Positions 37,193 to 48,273 of a stretch of 64,000 bases of DNA are shown here, one piece after another. The notes below the pieces were generated by a model. That model was not told the DNA's origin. It ran no database searches and saw nothing but the letters and a program-made list of their open reading frames with translations. The position numbers and the translations under genes were made by a program. Position 1 is the stretch's first letter, and every line of letters begins with the position of its first letter. Source of the DNA: an uncultured Rickettsiales bacterium (GTDB lineage: Bacteria > Pseudomonadota > Alphaproteobacteria > Rickettsiales > RGZB01); NCBI GenBank assembly GCA_964467255.1, contig CAYXPR010000003.1, positions 1,145-65,144 on the forward strand, in the 5' to 3' direction.

Positions 37193-38228
37193 TGTTTTTT
37201 GCTTTTTTTCCTACTGTATTTAAATAAGACGACTCTTGCCACGGAAAAGGGTACCGGAAAACAAGGTGGGTCGCCGCCAAACAGAATGCCGCTAAAACTA
37301 ACCCACCCACTGCATCATGTGCATAATGCCAGCCCAGTATAACCGTTGATGAGACGGCGACTATGTTCCACGGCAACGTATAAAAGAGCGTTCTTCGGTC
37401 ATGAATTGCCAACCAATACATAATGGCCAGCACCATACCCACATGCAAGCTTGGCATGGCCGAAACCCCACCCAGAAGAAGGCCGCTCTGATCTGACACG
37501 GCGGGGTCTTGGTCCATCACTCTAAGCACCAGATTTATCGCCACCGCTGAAAATGTTCCGTCAATATGCGTAAAGTATCCGGGCTTATAAAGAGCCGGGC
37601 CCATAACGGGGTTTAAAAGACCAAACAGCCTCCCAACATAAAAAACAAAAATGTAGCAGCAAAGAAGTGGCAGAAGTGTGCTCATGCGTCGCGTCAGCCC
37701 AATAAGGAAAACGGCCGCCAACATCGAAAGACCCCAGCATGTGTTATACACAACATCCCATACCCATGGATTTGGATCCCACAACTTTATTGCCTCCATC
37801 AAAGTGGTTTCGCGTTCCCAAAACCAGGAATCCTTCCACTGCATGATGCCCTGTTTAATCAGATAAATACTAATGAGCATTACGTTTGACGTTTGCAGCG
37901 TCCAGTAGGCTGTGAACAGCATCCAGATGTGGGGCCACGCACCCAACTTAAACACGCTGTACCGCCGCCAAAGCTCGCGGGCATCTTCCTTGGATTTTGA
38001 AAAGCTTCTGATAATCCCCGTCAAAAGAAGCGCCACGTCCCACACATAGGTGATAGAAATCGTATTAATCAGAACAACAAAAAGTAAGGGCAGTGTATCC
38101 TTGTACCACCAGTGGAATGGTGCATTGAAATATAGGGAAATAAGATAGGTCGCTAACGAACAACCAAAGCCTACCGCTGAAATGATGAGCGCGCCTTTTA
38201 GGCCTTCCTTGTTTGATATCGCTGCCAT
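37164..38228 (-). CDS. PAP2_3 / Aur1-Ipt1-like membrane phosphotransferase or phosphatase
   Basis: Multi-TM; NPVMGP, GVSAMPSLHVG and GWHYAHDAVGG catalytic motifs. Confidence 0.8.
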   Translation of the reverse strand: MAAISNKEGLKGALIISAVGFGCSLATYLISLYFNAPFHWWYKDTLPLLFVVLINTISITYVWDVALLLTGIIRSFSKSKEDARELWRRYSVFKLGAWPHIWMLFTAYWTLQTSNVMLISIYLIKQGIMQWKDSWFWERETTLMEAIKLWDPNPWVWDVVYNTCWGLSMLAAVFLIGLTRRMSTLLPLLCCYIFVFYVGRLFGLLNPVMGPALYKPGYFTHIDGTFSAVAINLVLRVMDQDPAVSDQSGLLLGGVSAMPSLHVGMVLAIMYWLAIHDRRTLFYTLPWNIVAVSSTVILGWHYAHDAVGGLVLAAFCLAATHLVFRYPFPWQESSYLNTVGKKAKNNAKKKKHTR

Positions 38229-38342
38229 AAATAGATTCCGGTTGATTTTTACCTTATTTCCCTTTACGCAAGCAAGTACTAAAGCGTCGAAAGATTTTAT
38301 CTTTTGAGACGTTTTTTCACCATCTGGGGGGTCTTAAATCGC

Positions 38343-38693
38343 GTGCGCATCTGTTTCCTAGCTCTTGTGGCACTTAGTGTTTTAAACCTTTCGGCTTGCG
38401 CGCTGGCATTGCTTGGTGGTGCGGGTGCGGGTGGCTATTATGTGGGCAAAGATGAGCGCACCGCCGGCACGATTGTGGATGACGCCACCATCACCGGCGC
38501 CATTAAGTCCAAAATGGTCACGGACGGTACCGTGCGGGCGCTTGATTTTAACGTAGATACCTATCGTGGTGTTGTCACCCTGTATGGCAGCGTACCTTCG
38601 TATGCTGAAGCACAAAAGGCGGTAACACTGGCGCAAAGCGTGGAAGGGGTACGCAGCGTCATTTCTAAAATCACGGTGGTTCCAAACCCTTAA
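38343..38693 (+). CDS. BON-domain lipoprotein
   Basis: Lipobox LSAC; DDATITGAIKSKM, NVDTYRGVVTLYG, VEGVRSV; GTG start assumed. Confidence 0.88.
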   Translation: MRICFLALVALSVLNLSACALALLGGAGAGGYYVGKDERTAGTIVDDATITGAIKSKMVTDGTVRALDFNVDTYRGVVTLYGSVPSYAEAQKAVTLAQSVEGVRSVISKITVVPNP

Positions 38694-38734
38694 AACCTAC
38701 TTAATCTTTAAACTTACTAAATGGAGACTACTTA

Positions 38735-39013
38735 ATGAAAAAATTCCTTATTGCTCTGTTCGCTCTGATGATCGTTGTTGCTCCTGTTGCCTCTATGGCA
38801 AAACCAGCTCAGGCTGAAGCTGCCAAAGCTGAAGGCCAGGCAAAAGCAGAAGCCGCTAAAGAAGAAGGCAAAGCCAAAGGCGAAGCCGCTTCTGAAGAAG
38901 CAAAAGCTGAAGGCGCTGCTGAAGAAGGCACGGAAGAAGGCAAAACTGAACCTGCTGCTGGCGAAAAAGCCGAAGGCAAGAAGCCAGAAGCTTCCAAGAA
39001 AGCCGCTCAGTAA
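38735..39013 (+). CDS. Secreted Ala/Glu/Lys-rich low-complexity protein
   Basis: GGAG SD; signal MKKFLIALFALMIVVAPVASMA; AEAAKxEG-type repeats; biased codons; terminator follows. Confidence 0.85.
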   Translation: MKKFLIALFALMIVVAPVASMAKPAQAEAAKAEGQAKAEAAKEEGKAKGEAASEEAKAEGAAEEGTEEGKTEPAAGEKAEGKKPEASKKAAQ

Positions 39014-39034
39014 TATTCTGAGTTCTTTCGAAAG

Positions 39035-39065
39035 AAAAAGGGCCAGCACTTGCTGGCCCTTTTTT
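39035..39065. terminator. Bidirectional intrinsic terminator
   Basis: AAAAAGGGCCAGCA-CT-TGCTGGCCCTTTTT between a convergent CDS and the tRNA. Confidence 0.9.
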
Positions 39066-39157
39066 ATGGCGGGTCTTATTAAACCGAAAAATCCTTCAGC
39101 ACACCTCAAACCATCGCAGGCCGTGCTAAAATGTTTTCGTGAATGGGGGGAAAGAAA

Positions 39158-39233
39158 TGGTGAGCCCGGCGGGATTCGAACCTGCGACCCCCTGATTAAA
39201 AGTCAGATGCTCTACCGGCTGAGCTACGGGCTC
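39158..39233 (-). tRNA. tRNA-Lys (anticodon UUU)
   Basis: Reverse complement GAGCCCGTAGCTCAGCCGGTAGAGCATCTGACTTTTAATCAGGGGGTCGCAGGTTCGAATCCCGCCGGGCTCACCA; 76 nt with encoded CCA. Confidence 0.98.
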
Positions 39234-39409
39234 ACGAAAAATAGACTCCGGCTTATAAACTACCATCCTCTGGCTTGCAAGCACTAATCCGCGGGTGTTT
39301 TCAAAGCCCTAACTTACCTGACCCTTGTTTTTTACCATCACGCCCGCCTAATGCTTGGTTTATTCCCCAAGGTGCGCTAGCATCAGCCTGCTTAAAACAA
39401 AGGGTGCTG

Positions 39410-41017
39410 ATGGAAAAAAACGCGCTCATCATTGATAATCTTTCTGTTGTTTTTCAACGGTCTGGCGGCAGCCCCGCCACCGTTGTCTCGCAGCTTTCCT
39501 TAAGTATTCCGAAGGGCAAAATTACCGCGCTGGTGGGCGAGTCCGGCAGCGGAAAATCCGTCACCGCACTTTCCATTTTAAAACTACTGCCTTACCCGCA
39601 GGCCTCGCACCCTTCGGGGCGCATTCTGTTTGAGGGCAAAAATTTGCTCTCCTTAAGTGAGCACGAGCTGCGTAGCATCCGCGGCCGCAAAATCGCCATG
39701 ATTTTCCAGGAGCCGCAAACGGCGCTAAACCCACTCCACACTATCGGCAAGCAGCTGGCGGAGGCCATTCGCCTGCACCAGAACTGGCCGGAGAGTAAAA
39801 TTGAATGGCGCATCCACGAGCTGATGGGGCTGGTGGGGCTGGATGGTTTAAAACATCGCCTCGGCGCCTACCCGCATGAACTTTCCGGCGGGCAGCGCCA
39901 GCGCGTGATGATTGCAATGGCGCTTTCTAACAACCCCGACATTCTGATTGCCGATGAACCCACCACCGCGCTCGATGTCACCATTCAAGCGCAGATTTTA
40001 GCGCTGTTAAAAAAACTGCAAAAAGAACTCGGCATGAGCGTGCTGATGATTACGCACGATTTAAATCTGGTCAAAAAAATGGCCGATCATGTCGCGGTCA
40101 TGAAGTCTGGAAAAATCGTGGAAAAAGGCACCACCACACAGGTCTTCGGCAAACCGCGCCATGCCTATACTAAAACTCTTATTCACAGCACGCCCTCGGG
40201 CAAGCCACCTGCGCTCAGCGGCAATGCCAAGCCCCTCACGGTGGTAGAAAATCTCTCCGTCCGCTTTCCGGTGAAGAAGGGGTTTTTTGGCCGCCCCTCG
40301 TCCTATGTAAATGCCGTGCAGAATGCCGGTTTCCGTTTGCGTGCGGGTGAAACGATTGGGCTGGTGGGCGAATCTGGCAGCGGCAAAACATCGCTCGCCA
40401 TGGCCGTGCTGCGTTTGATTAAATCCGAAGGCTCTATCCGTTTTGAAGGGCAAGAATTGCAGCAGCTCCGTTATCGCGACACGCGTGCGCTCCGGCGGCA
40501 GATGCAGCTGGTGTTCCAAGACCCCTTCGCCAGCCTTAACCCGCGCCTCACCATCGCAGAAACGATTGCCGAGGGCTTAAAGGCCCACAATATCGGCACA
40601 CCGGCAGAACAAATGACCGCCATTGATGCCGTGCTGCGCGATGTGGGTTTAGAGCCTTCGGTGAAATATCGCTACCCACATGAATTTTCCGGTGGGCAGC
40701 GCCAGCGCATCGCCATTGCGCGCGCGCTGGTGTTAAAACCCAAACTCATGGTGCTGGATGAGCCCACCAGTGCGCTTGATATTTCCACGCAGGGTGAAAT
40801 TTTAGCGCTGCTAAAGAAGTTGCAGAAAAACTATAAGCTTTCGTATCTGTTCATCAGCCATGACTTGCGCGTGATTAATGCCATGAGCCATCATATTCTG
40901 GTGATGAAAGACGGCAAAATCGTCGAGACCGGCAGCACCGCCTCGGTCATCAAAAAACCCAAAAGCCCCTACACCCGCGCGCTGCTTGATGCGGCGCTGA
41001 ACCTGAAAGCGCACTAA
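39410..41017 (+). CDS. yejF: Peptide ABC transporter double-domain ATPase
   Basis: Two GESGSGK P-loops, [12 protein letters not shown] and [12 protein letters not shown]; start reassigned to ATG 39410. Confidence 0.9.
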   Translation: MEKNALIIDNLSVVFQRSGGSPATVVSQLSLSIPKGKITALVGESGSGKSVTALSILKLLPYPQASHPSGRILFEGKNLLSLSEHELRSIRGRKIAMIFQEPQTALNPLHTIGKQLAEAIRLHQNWPESKIEWRIHELMGLVGLDGLKHRLGAYPHELSGGQRQRVMIAMALSNNPDILIADEPTTALDVTIQAQILALLKKLQKELGMSVLMITHDLNLVKKMADHVAVMKSGKIVEKGTTTQVFGKPRHAYTKTLIHSTPSGKPPALSGNAKPLTVVENLSVRFPVKKGFFGRPSSYVNAVQNAGFRLRAGETIGLVGESGSGKTSLAMAVLRLIKSEGSIRFEGQELQQLRYRDTRALRRQMQLVFQDPFASLNPRLTIAETIAEGLKAHNIGTPAEQMTAIDAVLRDVGLEPSVKYRYPHEFSGGQRQRIAIARALVLKPKLMVLDEPTSALDISTQGEILALLKKLQKNYKLSYLFISHDLRVINAMSHHILVMKDGKIVETGSTASVIKKPKSPYTRALLDAALNLKAH

Positions 41018-41020
41018 CGG

Positions 41021-41090
41021 AAAAACAGCCGTGAGCCAGCCGCGCACGGCTGCGCCTCATAGCGAGGATACCAATCCGAGCTGGAGGCAA
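41021..41090. repeat. Intergenic double-hairpin palindromic element related to the ileS insert
   Basis: CAGCCGTG...CACGGCTG stem plus GCCTC...GAGGC stem between convergent yejF and lpdA. Confidence 0.6.
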
Positions 41091-41096
41091 TTTTCT

Positions 41097-42509
41097 CTAA
41101 ATATGAATCGGGCGCTTATCGACTGCGAGCGCGGCTTCCTTCACCGCCTCATTCAGGTCAGGGTGCGAATGGCAGGTGCGGGCGATATCTTCGCTCGAAG
41201 CCTTAAATTCCATCGCCACCGCTACTTCGGCAATAATGGTGCCGGCCTGCGGGCCGATGATGTGCACGCCCAGCACCTCATCGGTTTTCTCATCGGCGAG
41301 GATTTTCACAAAGCCTTCCGTTTTGCCCACCGCGCGCGCGCGGCTATTCGCCATGAAGGGGAATTTACCCACTTTGTATGCACGGGATTCTTTCTTCAGC
41401 GTCTCTTCGGTTTTGCCGATGGTCGCCACTTCGGGGTAGGTATAAATCACCGCCGGAACGAGGTTGTAGTTCACGTGGCTCTTCTGCCCCGCAATGCCTT
41501 CCACGCAGGCCACACCGTCTTCTTCTGCTTTATGTGCCAGCATCGGGCCGGGAATCACATCCCCAATCGCGTAGATGCCATCCACGTTCGTTTTAAAGTG
41601 GCTGTCCACCAGAATGCGGCCACGCTCATCCAGCTTCACGCCGGATTCTTTGAGACCCAGATTTTCCGTGTATGGCTTGCGGCCAATCGCCACCAGCACC
41701 ACGTCTGCTTTCAACGTTTCCGCTTTACCGCCATCTTTCGGCTCACAGGTTAGCGTCACGGTTTTGCCGTCCGACTTCGCGCCCGTTACTTTGGTGGAAA
41801 GCTTGAACTTGATGCCTTGTTTTTCCAGCAGCTTCTGGAATTGGCGCGACACTTCCATGTCCTGCCCTGGGGTAATGTGATCCATGAATTCAATCACAGT
41901 CACGTCTGCGCCCAAGCGGCGCCACACGGAACCAAGCTCAAGGCCGATGACGCCGCCGCCAATCACAATCATTGTCTTTGGTACTTCTGGCAGATTCAGT
42001 GCGCCCGTAGAGGACACAATGCGTTTTTCATCAATTTCAATACCGGGGAGCTTCACCACTTCTGAGCCGGTGGCGATGATAATGTGTTTCGCTTTAATCG
42101 ATTCCGGCGTGCCGCCTTTTTCAACTGGTTTCACAGCGACTTCGCCTTTGCCAAGCACCACACCGTGGCCTTTGTAGTAGGTCACTTTATTTTTTTTGAA
42201 CAGGCCTTCAATGCCCGTGGTGAGGTTTTTCACAACATCGTCTTTGCGGGCGAGCATGGTTTTTAAATTCAGCTTCAGGCCAGAGAATTCTACGCCATGG
42301 TCTTTACCATGTTGCGCGGCTTCTTCGTATATTTCAGAAGAATGCAGCAGCGCTTTAGAGGGGATGCAGCCCACATTGAGGCAGGTGCCGCCAAGCGCGC
42401 CGCGTTTTTCCACGCAGGCGGTTTTAAAGCCCAGCTGGCTGGCACGAATCGCCGCCACATACCCACCGGGGCCACCACCAATCACCACTACATCAAATTG
42501 CTCTGCCAT
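41097..42509 (-). CDS. lpdA: Dihydrolipoyl dehydrogenase
   Basis: [44 protein letters not shown]. Confidence 0.97.
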   Translation of the reverse strand: MAEQFDVVVIGGGPGGYVAAIRASQLGFKTACVEKRGALGGTCLNVGCIPSKALLHSSEIYEEAAQHGKDHGVEFSGLKLNLKTMLARKDDVVKNLTTGIEGLFKKNKVTYYKGHGVVLGKGEVAVKPVEKGGTPESIKAKHIIIATGSEVVKLPGIEIDEKRIVSSTGALNLPEVPKTMIVIGGGVIGLELGSVWRRLGADVTVIEFMDHITPGQDMEVSRQFQKLLEKQGIKFKLSTKVTGAKSDGKTVTLTCEPKDGGKAETLKADVVLVAIGRKPYTENLGLKESGVKLDERGRILVDSHFKTNVDGIYAIGDVIPGPMLAHKAEEDGVACVEGIAGQKSHVNYNLVPAVIYTYPEVATIGKTEETLKKESRAYKVGKFPFMANSRARAVGKTEGFVKILADEKTDEVLGVHIIGPQAGTIIAEVAVAMEFKASSEDIARTCHSHPDLNEAVKEAALAVDKRPIHI

Positions 42510-42538
42510 GTTTTTCTCCTAACTAAAGTTCTATCTGT

Positions 42539-42919
42539 TTAAAGTTCTATCGAAGGTTTTGCGGTGCCGTGTGGCGGTATTTCCTTATCGCGCGATAACA
42601 CGCTTATTCGACCTGAACCACGCACTGGCACGCTGCTCAGTTCCGAAAATTCAACATGCACTGACGTTACCATTTGCCTGTCGCCCAATTCTTCGGCAAG
42701 CCATGCGATATAGGTCAGCGGTGCAACACAATCCAGCGTCCGCATACTGCGCGATGAAACCCTGTATTGGCGAAACATCCCTTCGAGTGTTTCGGCAGCC
42801 GCAACCCTATCCAATTCTGCGTAACTCAAATCCGGATTCAAGTATTTGGCAATTAGCTCCAGCTTCACCGCCTCACGTTTTTCAGCAGCAATGGGCTGCT
42901 TTGAAACAGGCGTATCCAT
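42539..42919 (-). CDS. Hypothetical protein between sucB and lpdA
   Basis: 126-aa frame starting 6 nt after the sucB stop; no motif. Confidence 0.6.
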   Translation of the reverse strand: MDTPVSKQPIAAEKREAVKLELIAKYLNPDLSYAELDRVAAAETLEGMFRQYRVSSRSMRTLDCVAPLTYIAWLAEELGDRQMVTSVHVEFSELSSVPVRGSGRISVLSRDKEIPPHGTAKPSIEL

Positions 42920-42925
42920 GCTTGC

Positions 42926-44110
42926 TTACACTTCCAGCAGCAGGCGCTGCGGGTCTTCCATGTATTGCTTGATGCGCACGAGGAACGTCACGGCTTCCTT
43001 GCCGTCGATGATACGGTGGTCATAGGAGAGTGCGAGATACATCACGGGGCGCGCTTCAATTTTACCATCGGCCAGCACCACGGGGCGCTGCACGATGTTG
43101 TGCAAACCAAGAATCGCGCTCTGTGGTGGGTTGATAATCGGCGTCGAGAGCATCGAGCCATAAATACCGCCATTGGTGATGGAGAACGTGCCACCCGTCA
43201 AATCGTTCATCGACAATTTGCCGTCACGCGCCTTTTTCGCCATGTTGATGATTTCTTTTTCGATTTCAGCGAAAGAAAGCCTGTCAGCATTGCGCACAAT
43301 CGGCACCACAAGGCCCTGTTCAGTGCCCACAGCCATACCGATATCGTAATGGTTTTTATACACGATTTCATCGCCATCAATCGCTGCATTCACCGCTGCA
43401 ATTTCTTTCAGCGCAGCCACAGCGGCTTTGGTGAAGAAGCTCATGAAGCCCAGTTTCACGCCATGCTTTTTCAGGAAGTCATCCTGAATATTTTTGCGGA
43501 GCGCCATCACGTTGGTCATGTCCACTTCATTGAACGTGGTCAGAATGGCCGCCGTGTTTTGCGATTCCTTCAAGCGGCGCGCAATCGTCTGGCGCAGCTT
43601 GGTCATTTTCACGCGCTCTTCGCGTGGGTAGGCAGAACCCGCATCGCTTGCCGCAGGCGCACTACCGGCAGAAAGCACATCGCCTTTGGTGATGCGGCCG
43701 TCTTTGCCTGTGCCGGAAATAGAAGCAGGGTTCACGCCTTTTTCATCGGCCAGCTTGCGGGCCGCGGGGCCGGAACGGTCAAGCGGGCTGGCGCTCGCTG
43801 CCACCGGGGCAGGGGCAGCCGCCTTTGGGGCCGCAGCCGCCGGAGCGGGCGCAGACACAGTGCCTTTGCCGCTTTCGTCAATCATGCCTAAAAGCGCGCC
43901 CACGGTCACCGTGTCGCCTTCTTTGGCTTTGATTTCTTTGAGCACGCCGCTGGCAAGCGCGTTCACTTCCAGCGTCACTTTGTCGGTTTCAAGCTCCACG
44001 AGCAGGTCGTCTTTATTCACGGCCTCGCCCTGTTTTTTAAACCATTTGGCGACGGTGGCTTCGCTCACCGATTCACCTAACGAGGGCACTTCAATTTTTG
44101 AAACAGACAT
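42926..44110 (-). CDS. sucB: 2-oxoglutarate dehydrogenase E2
   Basis: LETDKV lipoyl site, [22 protein letters not shown]. Confidence 0.97.
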   Translation of the reverse strand: MSVSKIEVPSLGESVSEATVAKWFKKQGEAVNKDDLLVELETDKVTLEVNALASGVLKEIKAKEGDTVTVGALLGMIDESGKGTVSAPAPAAAAPKAAAPAPVAASASPLDRSGPAARKLADEKGVNPASISGTGKDGRITKGDVLSAGSAPAASDAGSAYPREERVKMTKLRQTIARRLKESQNTAAILTTFNEVDMTNVMALRKNIQDDFLKKHGVKLGFMSFFTKAAVAALKEIAAVNAAIDGDEIVYKNHYDIGMAVGTEQGLVVPIVRNADRLSFAEIEKEIINMAKKARDGKLSMNDLTGGTFSITNGGIYGSMLSTPIINPPQSAILGLHNIVQRPVVLADGKIEARPVMYLALSYDHRIIDGKEAVTFLVRIKQYMEDPQRLLLEV

Positions 44111-44143
44111 ATAGCTTGCCTTTCATTTTACCAATTGGGGGGT

Positions 44144-47050
44144 TTACGCTTTTTTCTTTTTTTCGCCGCTGGCTGCGTTGACAAGGTCAAGCGCCTCACC
44201 AATCAGTCGCTGCTGTTGTTCGTTGTGGATTTTGAGGTAGCCCGTAGCAGGTGATGCCGCAGACACACGACCCGCATACACAGGGCGCGTTACCTTATGG
44301 CCACCATTGATCAATGCCTCTTCCAGCAGTGGGTTCACAAAGAACCAGCTGCCCATGTTCTTTGGCTCTTCTTGGCACCACACCACATCGGCACCTTTGT
44401 AGCGCTTCATGACCTCAATCACGTCCTCTTCGGGGAACGGATAGAGCTGCTCAAGGCGCACAATCGCGATATCTTTAATGCCAGCCTGTTCGCGTGCATC
44501 CAAAATGTCGTAGTACACTTTGCCGCTGCAGAACACCACGCGGCGCACTTTTGCATCCGCCACCAGCGTTTCGGTTTCAGGAATCACGCGCTTGAAGCTT
44601 GTGCCGGGCGCAAAGTCTTTCAGCGCAGACTGCGCACGTTTATGGCGCAACAGCGATTTCGGCGTCATGATCACCAGTGGCTTGCGGAAGTTCCGCACCA
44701 CTTGACGGCGCAGCGCGTGGAAATAGTTCGCGGGCGTTGTGCAGTTCATCACCTGAATATTATCTTCCGCACAGGCTTGCAGGAAGCGTTCCATGCGCGC
44801 CGAACTGTGCTCTGGCCCTTGGCCTTCAAAGCCGTGCGGCAGCAGCATCACAAGGCCGCTCATACGGAGCCACTTGGTTTCGCCCGAGGTAATAAACTGG
44901 TCGATAATCACCTGCGCACCGTTCACGAAGTCACCGAACTGCGCTTCCCACAATGTCAGGCTGTTCGGTTCGGCAATCGAGTAGCCATATTCAAAACCCA
45001 GCACAGCAAATTCCGAAAGGTTTGAATCAATCACTTCCAGTTTTGCCTGCTTGTCGCTTAAATGATTCAGCGGGAAATAACGCGTGTCGTTATTCTGGTC
45101 CGTCAGCCCCGCATGGCGGTGACTGAACGTACCGCGCACCACATCTTGGCCTGAGAAACGCACCGGAATGCCCGCATGCAGCAGCGAGCCAAATGCCAGC
45201 GCTTCGCCCGTGGCCCAGTCAAAACCCTCGCCGGTTTCAAACATTTTGGCTTTGGCTTCGAGCAAGCGTTCGATTTTTTTGTTCAGTTCAATGCCTTCTG
45301 GTTTTGTAGAAAGCGCTTTGCCGATGGTTTTCAGCGTCTTCACATCCACGCCCGTATCCACCTGCACTTTGGAGCTCAGTTTTGGCTTTTCAAAACCCTT
45401 CCATTTGCCTTCCAGCCAGTCTGCTTTATTCGGTTTATATTTTTTCGCGGCATCGAATTCTTTTTCCAAATAATCGTGCCATTCTTTTTTCAGTGCACCG
45501 AATTCCGCTTCCGTCAGCGTGCCTTCGCTCACCAGCTTTTTGGCATACACATCGCGCGGGGTCAGGTGCTCGTTAATTTTGGTATACATCACCGGCTGGG
45601 TGAAGAACGGTTCATCCCCTTCGTTGTGACCGTGGCGGCGGTAGCAGAAAATATCCAGCACCACGTCCTTTTTAAACTTCTGACGATATTCGGTGATGAT
45701 ACGGCTGGCATGAATCACCGCCTCAGGGTCGTCACCATTCACGTGCAGAATCGGGGACTGCACCATTTTCGCTACGTCGGTCGGGTATGGTGACTTGCGC
45801 GCGTTTTTTGGGCTCGTCGTAAAACCAATCTGGTTGTTCACGATAATATGCACCGTACCGCCGATGGTGTAACCCACCAGTTCGGAAAGTGCGAGCGTTT
45901 CTGCCACCACACCTTGGCCGGCAAAGGCCGCGTCACCGTGAATCAGAATCGCCATGACTTTTTTGCGTTCCGCATCTTTGCGCTGTTCTTGCTTCGCGCG
46001 GGCGCGGCCCATCACCACAGGGTTCACCGCCTCAAGGTGCGAGGGGTTTGGGTTCAGCGTCAGGTGCACGCTGCGGCTGCCCACAGAGCGGTCTGAACTG
46101 GTGCCCATGTGATATTTCACGTCGCCCGATGCTTCAATGTCATCCGGCGTGGATTTTGTACCTTGGAATTCCGACAGCATCGCGTAGTAAGGCTTGCCCA
46201 TGAATGCGGTCAGCACGTTCAGGCGGCCGCGATGCGGCATGCCGAGCACGATTTCTTCCACACCCAGATTCGCGCCCACCTCAAGCACGGTTTCGAGTGC
46301 CGGAATCAGCGTTTCCGCGCCTTCAATCGAAAAGCGTTTGGTACCGGGGAATTTGATGTGCAGGAACTGTTCAAAACCCTCAACCTGAATGATGTTCTTC
46401 AGCAATTTGATTTTTTCATCGCGCGACAAAACGGGAATCGAGCGCGTGGATTCCATCTGCGCTTCGAGCCATTCTTTTTGCTCGAGGCTTTGAATGTGCA
46501 TGTATTCAATACCGATATTGCGGCTATAGGTCTGGCGCAGCGCTTCAATAATCTGGCGCAAGCTGGCAGACTCCATCCCCAGCCATCCGCCGATGAAAAT
46601 CTGGCGGTCCATATCCGCATCGGTAAAGCCATAATGCTCATGCGCCAATTCGGGGTGACTTTCGCGCACCTCAATGCCCAGCGGGTCAAGCTGTGCGAGC
46701 AGGTGGCCGCGCACGCGGTAGGCGCGAATCAGCATGTGTGCGCGGATGGCATCGCTCGATGCATCCTTGCGCTCGCCGGTCATGTCGCTGGTGCGGCGAC
46801 CAGAGCGTTTGGGGTGACGCTTTTCGGTAATCGGCGCCTTGTAACCCACGATGCGGTTTTTCTGGCGGTTCCAGGTTGGGCCCTCAAAGTCGTGCTCAAT
46901 ATTGGCGACGTTGTCACCGATATTGCTGAAAAATGCCTGCCAGCTGGCATCGACCGAATTCGGGTCGCGCAGATAGCGTTCATACACCTCTGCGATATAC
47001 ACGCTGTTCGCGCCATAAGCATAGGTGGTGTTTTTCAGATTCTCAGACAT
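44144..47050 (-). CDS. sucA: 2-oxoglutarate dehydrogenase E1
   Basis: GMPHRGRLNVL, GDVKYH, HGDAAFAGQG, WEAQFGDF, GQGPEHSSAR. Confidence 0.97.
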   Translation of the reverse strand: MSENLKNTTYAYGANSVYIAEVYERYLRDPNSVDASWQAFFSNIGDNVANIEHDFEGPTWNRQKNRIVGYKAPITEKRHPKRSGRRTSDMTGERKDASSDAIRAHMLIRAYRVRGHLLAQLDPLGIEVRESHPELAHEHYGFTDADMDRQIFIGGWLGMESASLRQIIEALRQTYSRNIGIEYMHIQSLEQKEWLEAQMESTRSIPVLSRDEKIKLLKNIIQVEGFEQFLHIKFPGTKRFSIEGAETLIPALETVLEVGANLGVEEIVLGMPHRGRLNVLTAFMGKPYYAMLSEFQGTKSTPDDIEASGDVKYHMGTSSDRSVGSRSVHLTLNPNPSHLEAVNPVVMGRARAKQEQRKDAERKKVMAILIHGDAAFAGQGVVAETLALSELVGYTIGGTVHIIVNNQIGFTTSPKNARKSPYPTDVAKMVQSPILHVNGDDPEAVIHASRIITEYRQKFKKDVVLDIFCYRRHGHNEGDEPFFTQPVMYTKINEHLTPRDVYAKKLVSEGTLTEAEFGALKKEWHDYLEKEFDAAKKYKPNKADWLEGKWKGFEKPKLSSKVQVDTGVDVKTLKTIGKALSTKPEGIELNKKIERLLEAKAKMFETGEGFDWATGEALAFGSLLHAGIPVRFSGQDVVRGTFSHRHAGLTDQNNDTRYFPLNHLSDKQAKLEVIDSNLSEFAVLGFEYGYSIAEPNSLTLWEAQFGDFVNGAQVIIDQFITSGETKWLRMSGLVMLLPHGFEGQGPEHSSARMERFLQACAEDNIQVMNCTTPANYFHALRRQVVRNFRKPLVIMTPKSLLRHKRAQSALKDFAPGTSFKRVIPETETLVADAKVRRVVFCSGKVYYDILDAREQAGIKDIAIVRLEQLYPFPEEDVIEVMKRYKGADVVWCQEEPKNMGSWFFVNPLLEEALINGGHKVTRPVYAGRVSAASPATGYLKIHNEQQQRLIGEALDLVNAASGEKKKKA

Positions 47051-47102
47051 ACGTCACTCGCTGTTAGACCGTGAAATTTAAACTCGAAAATGAATGCCTT
47101 AA

Positions 47103-47981
47103 TTACGCTGATTTCAGCAATGCAGCCATCGTGCGGCCCATTTCCGATGGGCTGTCTGTCACGCGGATGCCGGCCGATTTCATGGCTTCGATTTTGTCTT
47201 CCGCACCACCTTTGCCACCGGCGACGATAGCACCGGCATGACCCATGCGGCGACCTGGGGGAGCCGTACGGCCCGCAATAAACCCAACCACTGGCTTCTT
47301 CACTTTGGAAGATTTCAAGAAAGCGGCGGCTTCTTCTTCCGCGCTGCCACCGATTTCACCAATCATCACGATGGCTTCGGTTTCAGGGTCTTTCAAAAAC
47401 AGGTCGAGGCAGTCGATAAAGTTTGTGCCATTCACTGGATCGCCACCGATGCCGATGCACGTGCTCTGGCCGAAGCCCACGTCGCTCGTTTGTTTCACGG
47501 CTTCATAGGTAAGCGTGCCGGAGCGCGACACGATACCGATTTTGCCTTTTTTATGGATGTGGCCAGGCATGATGCCGATTTTGCATTCACCGGGCGTAAT
47601 CACGCCGGGGCAGTTTGGCCCAATCAGGCGCGTGTTTGAGCCGCTTAAGGCCTTTTTCACCTTCACCATGTCAAGCACCGGGATGCCTTCGGTGATGCAC
47701 ACCACGAGCTCCACGCGCGCATCAATCGCCTCGATGATGGCGTCTGCCGCGAATGGGGGCGGAACATAAATCACGCTAGCCGTTGCGCCGGTTTTTTTCA
47801 CGGCTTCGTCCACCGTGTCAAATACGGGCAGGTTCAGGTGCTTCGTGCCACCTTTGCCGGGCGTTACGCCGCCGACCATTTTCGTGCCATAGGCCGCAGC
47901 CTGTTCGCTGTGGAACGTGCCTTGCGCACCGGTGAAGCCTTGGCAAATCACCTTGGTATTTTTGTTAACGAGCACTGCCAT
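47103..47981 (-). CDS. sucD: Succinyl-CoA synthetase alpha subunit
   Basis: [31 protein letters not shown]; start reassigned to ATG 47981. Confidence 0.97.
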   Translation of the reverse strand: MAVLVNKNTKVICQGFTGAQGTFHSEQAAAYGTKMVGGVTPGKGGTKHLNLPVFDTVDEAVKKTGATASVIYVPPPFAADAIIEAIDARVELVVCITEGIPVLDMVKVKKALSGSNTRLIGPNCPGVITPGECKIGIMPGHIHKKGKIGIVSRSGTLTYEAVKQTSDVGFGQSTCIGIGGDPVNGTNFIDCLDLFLKDPETEAIVMIGEIGGSAEEEAAAFLKSSKVKKPVVGFIAGRTAPPGRRMGHAGAIVAGGKGGAEDKIEAMKSAGIRVTDSPSEMGRTMAALLKSA

Positions 47982-48273
47982 TCGTGGTCTCCTCTTTACT
48001 TTTCGGGCCGTAACCCTTGTTTTTTGAATCAAAAAATTTGTTCAGTTCTTCTTCCGTACATCCGGCGCTGTAATAATCTACATAGCCAACGTTTAATTCT
48101 TCCTGCAGGCGGCGGCCCGTTTCTTCGTCTACATCGGCCGTACGCTGAAGATCTTCATTGCTGAAAATCTTCTCCGCTTTTTCGCTGCAGCTTTCATTTG
48201 CAAGCGCGCCCCATGCAGCCACCGTTGCCGCTGCAAGCGCTGCCACCAAAAACGTAAGCGACTTTGTTTTCAT
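47965..48273 (-). CDS. Small secreted hypothetical protein between sucC and sucD
   Basis: Signal [25 protein letters not shown]; 2 Cys; TAATG overlap with sucC and 17-bp overlap with sucD. Confidence 0.75.
   Translation of the reverse strand: MKTKSLTFLVAALAAATVAAWGALANESCSEKAEKIFSNEDLQRTADVDEETGRRLQEELNVGYVDYYSAGCTEEELNKFFDSKNKGYGPKSKEETTNGSAR

Noticed and set aside
39158-39233. tRNA-Lys as an island integration site
   Set aside because: No integrase and no duplicated tRNA 3' end noticed in the window
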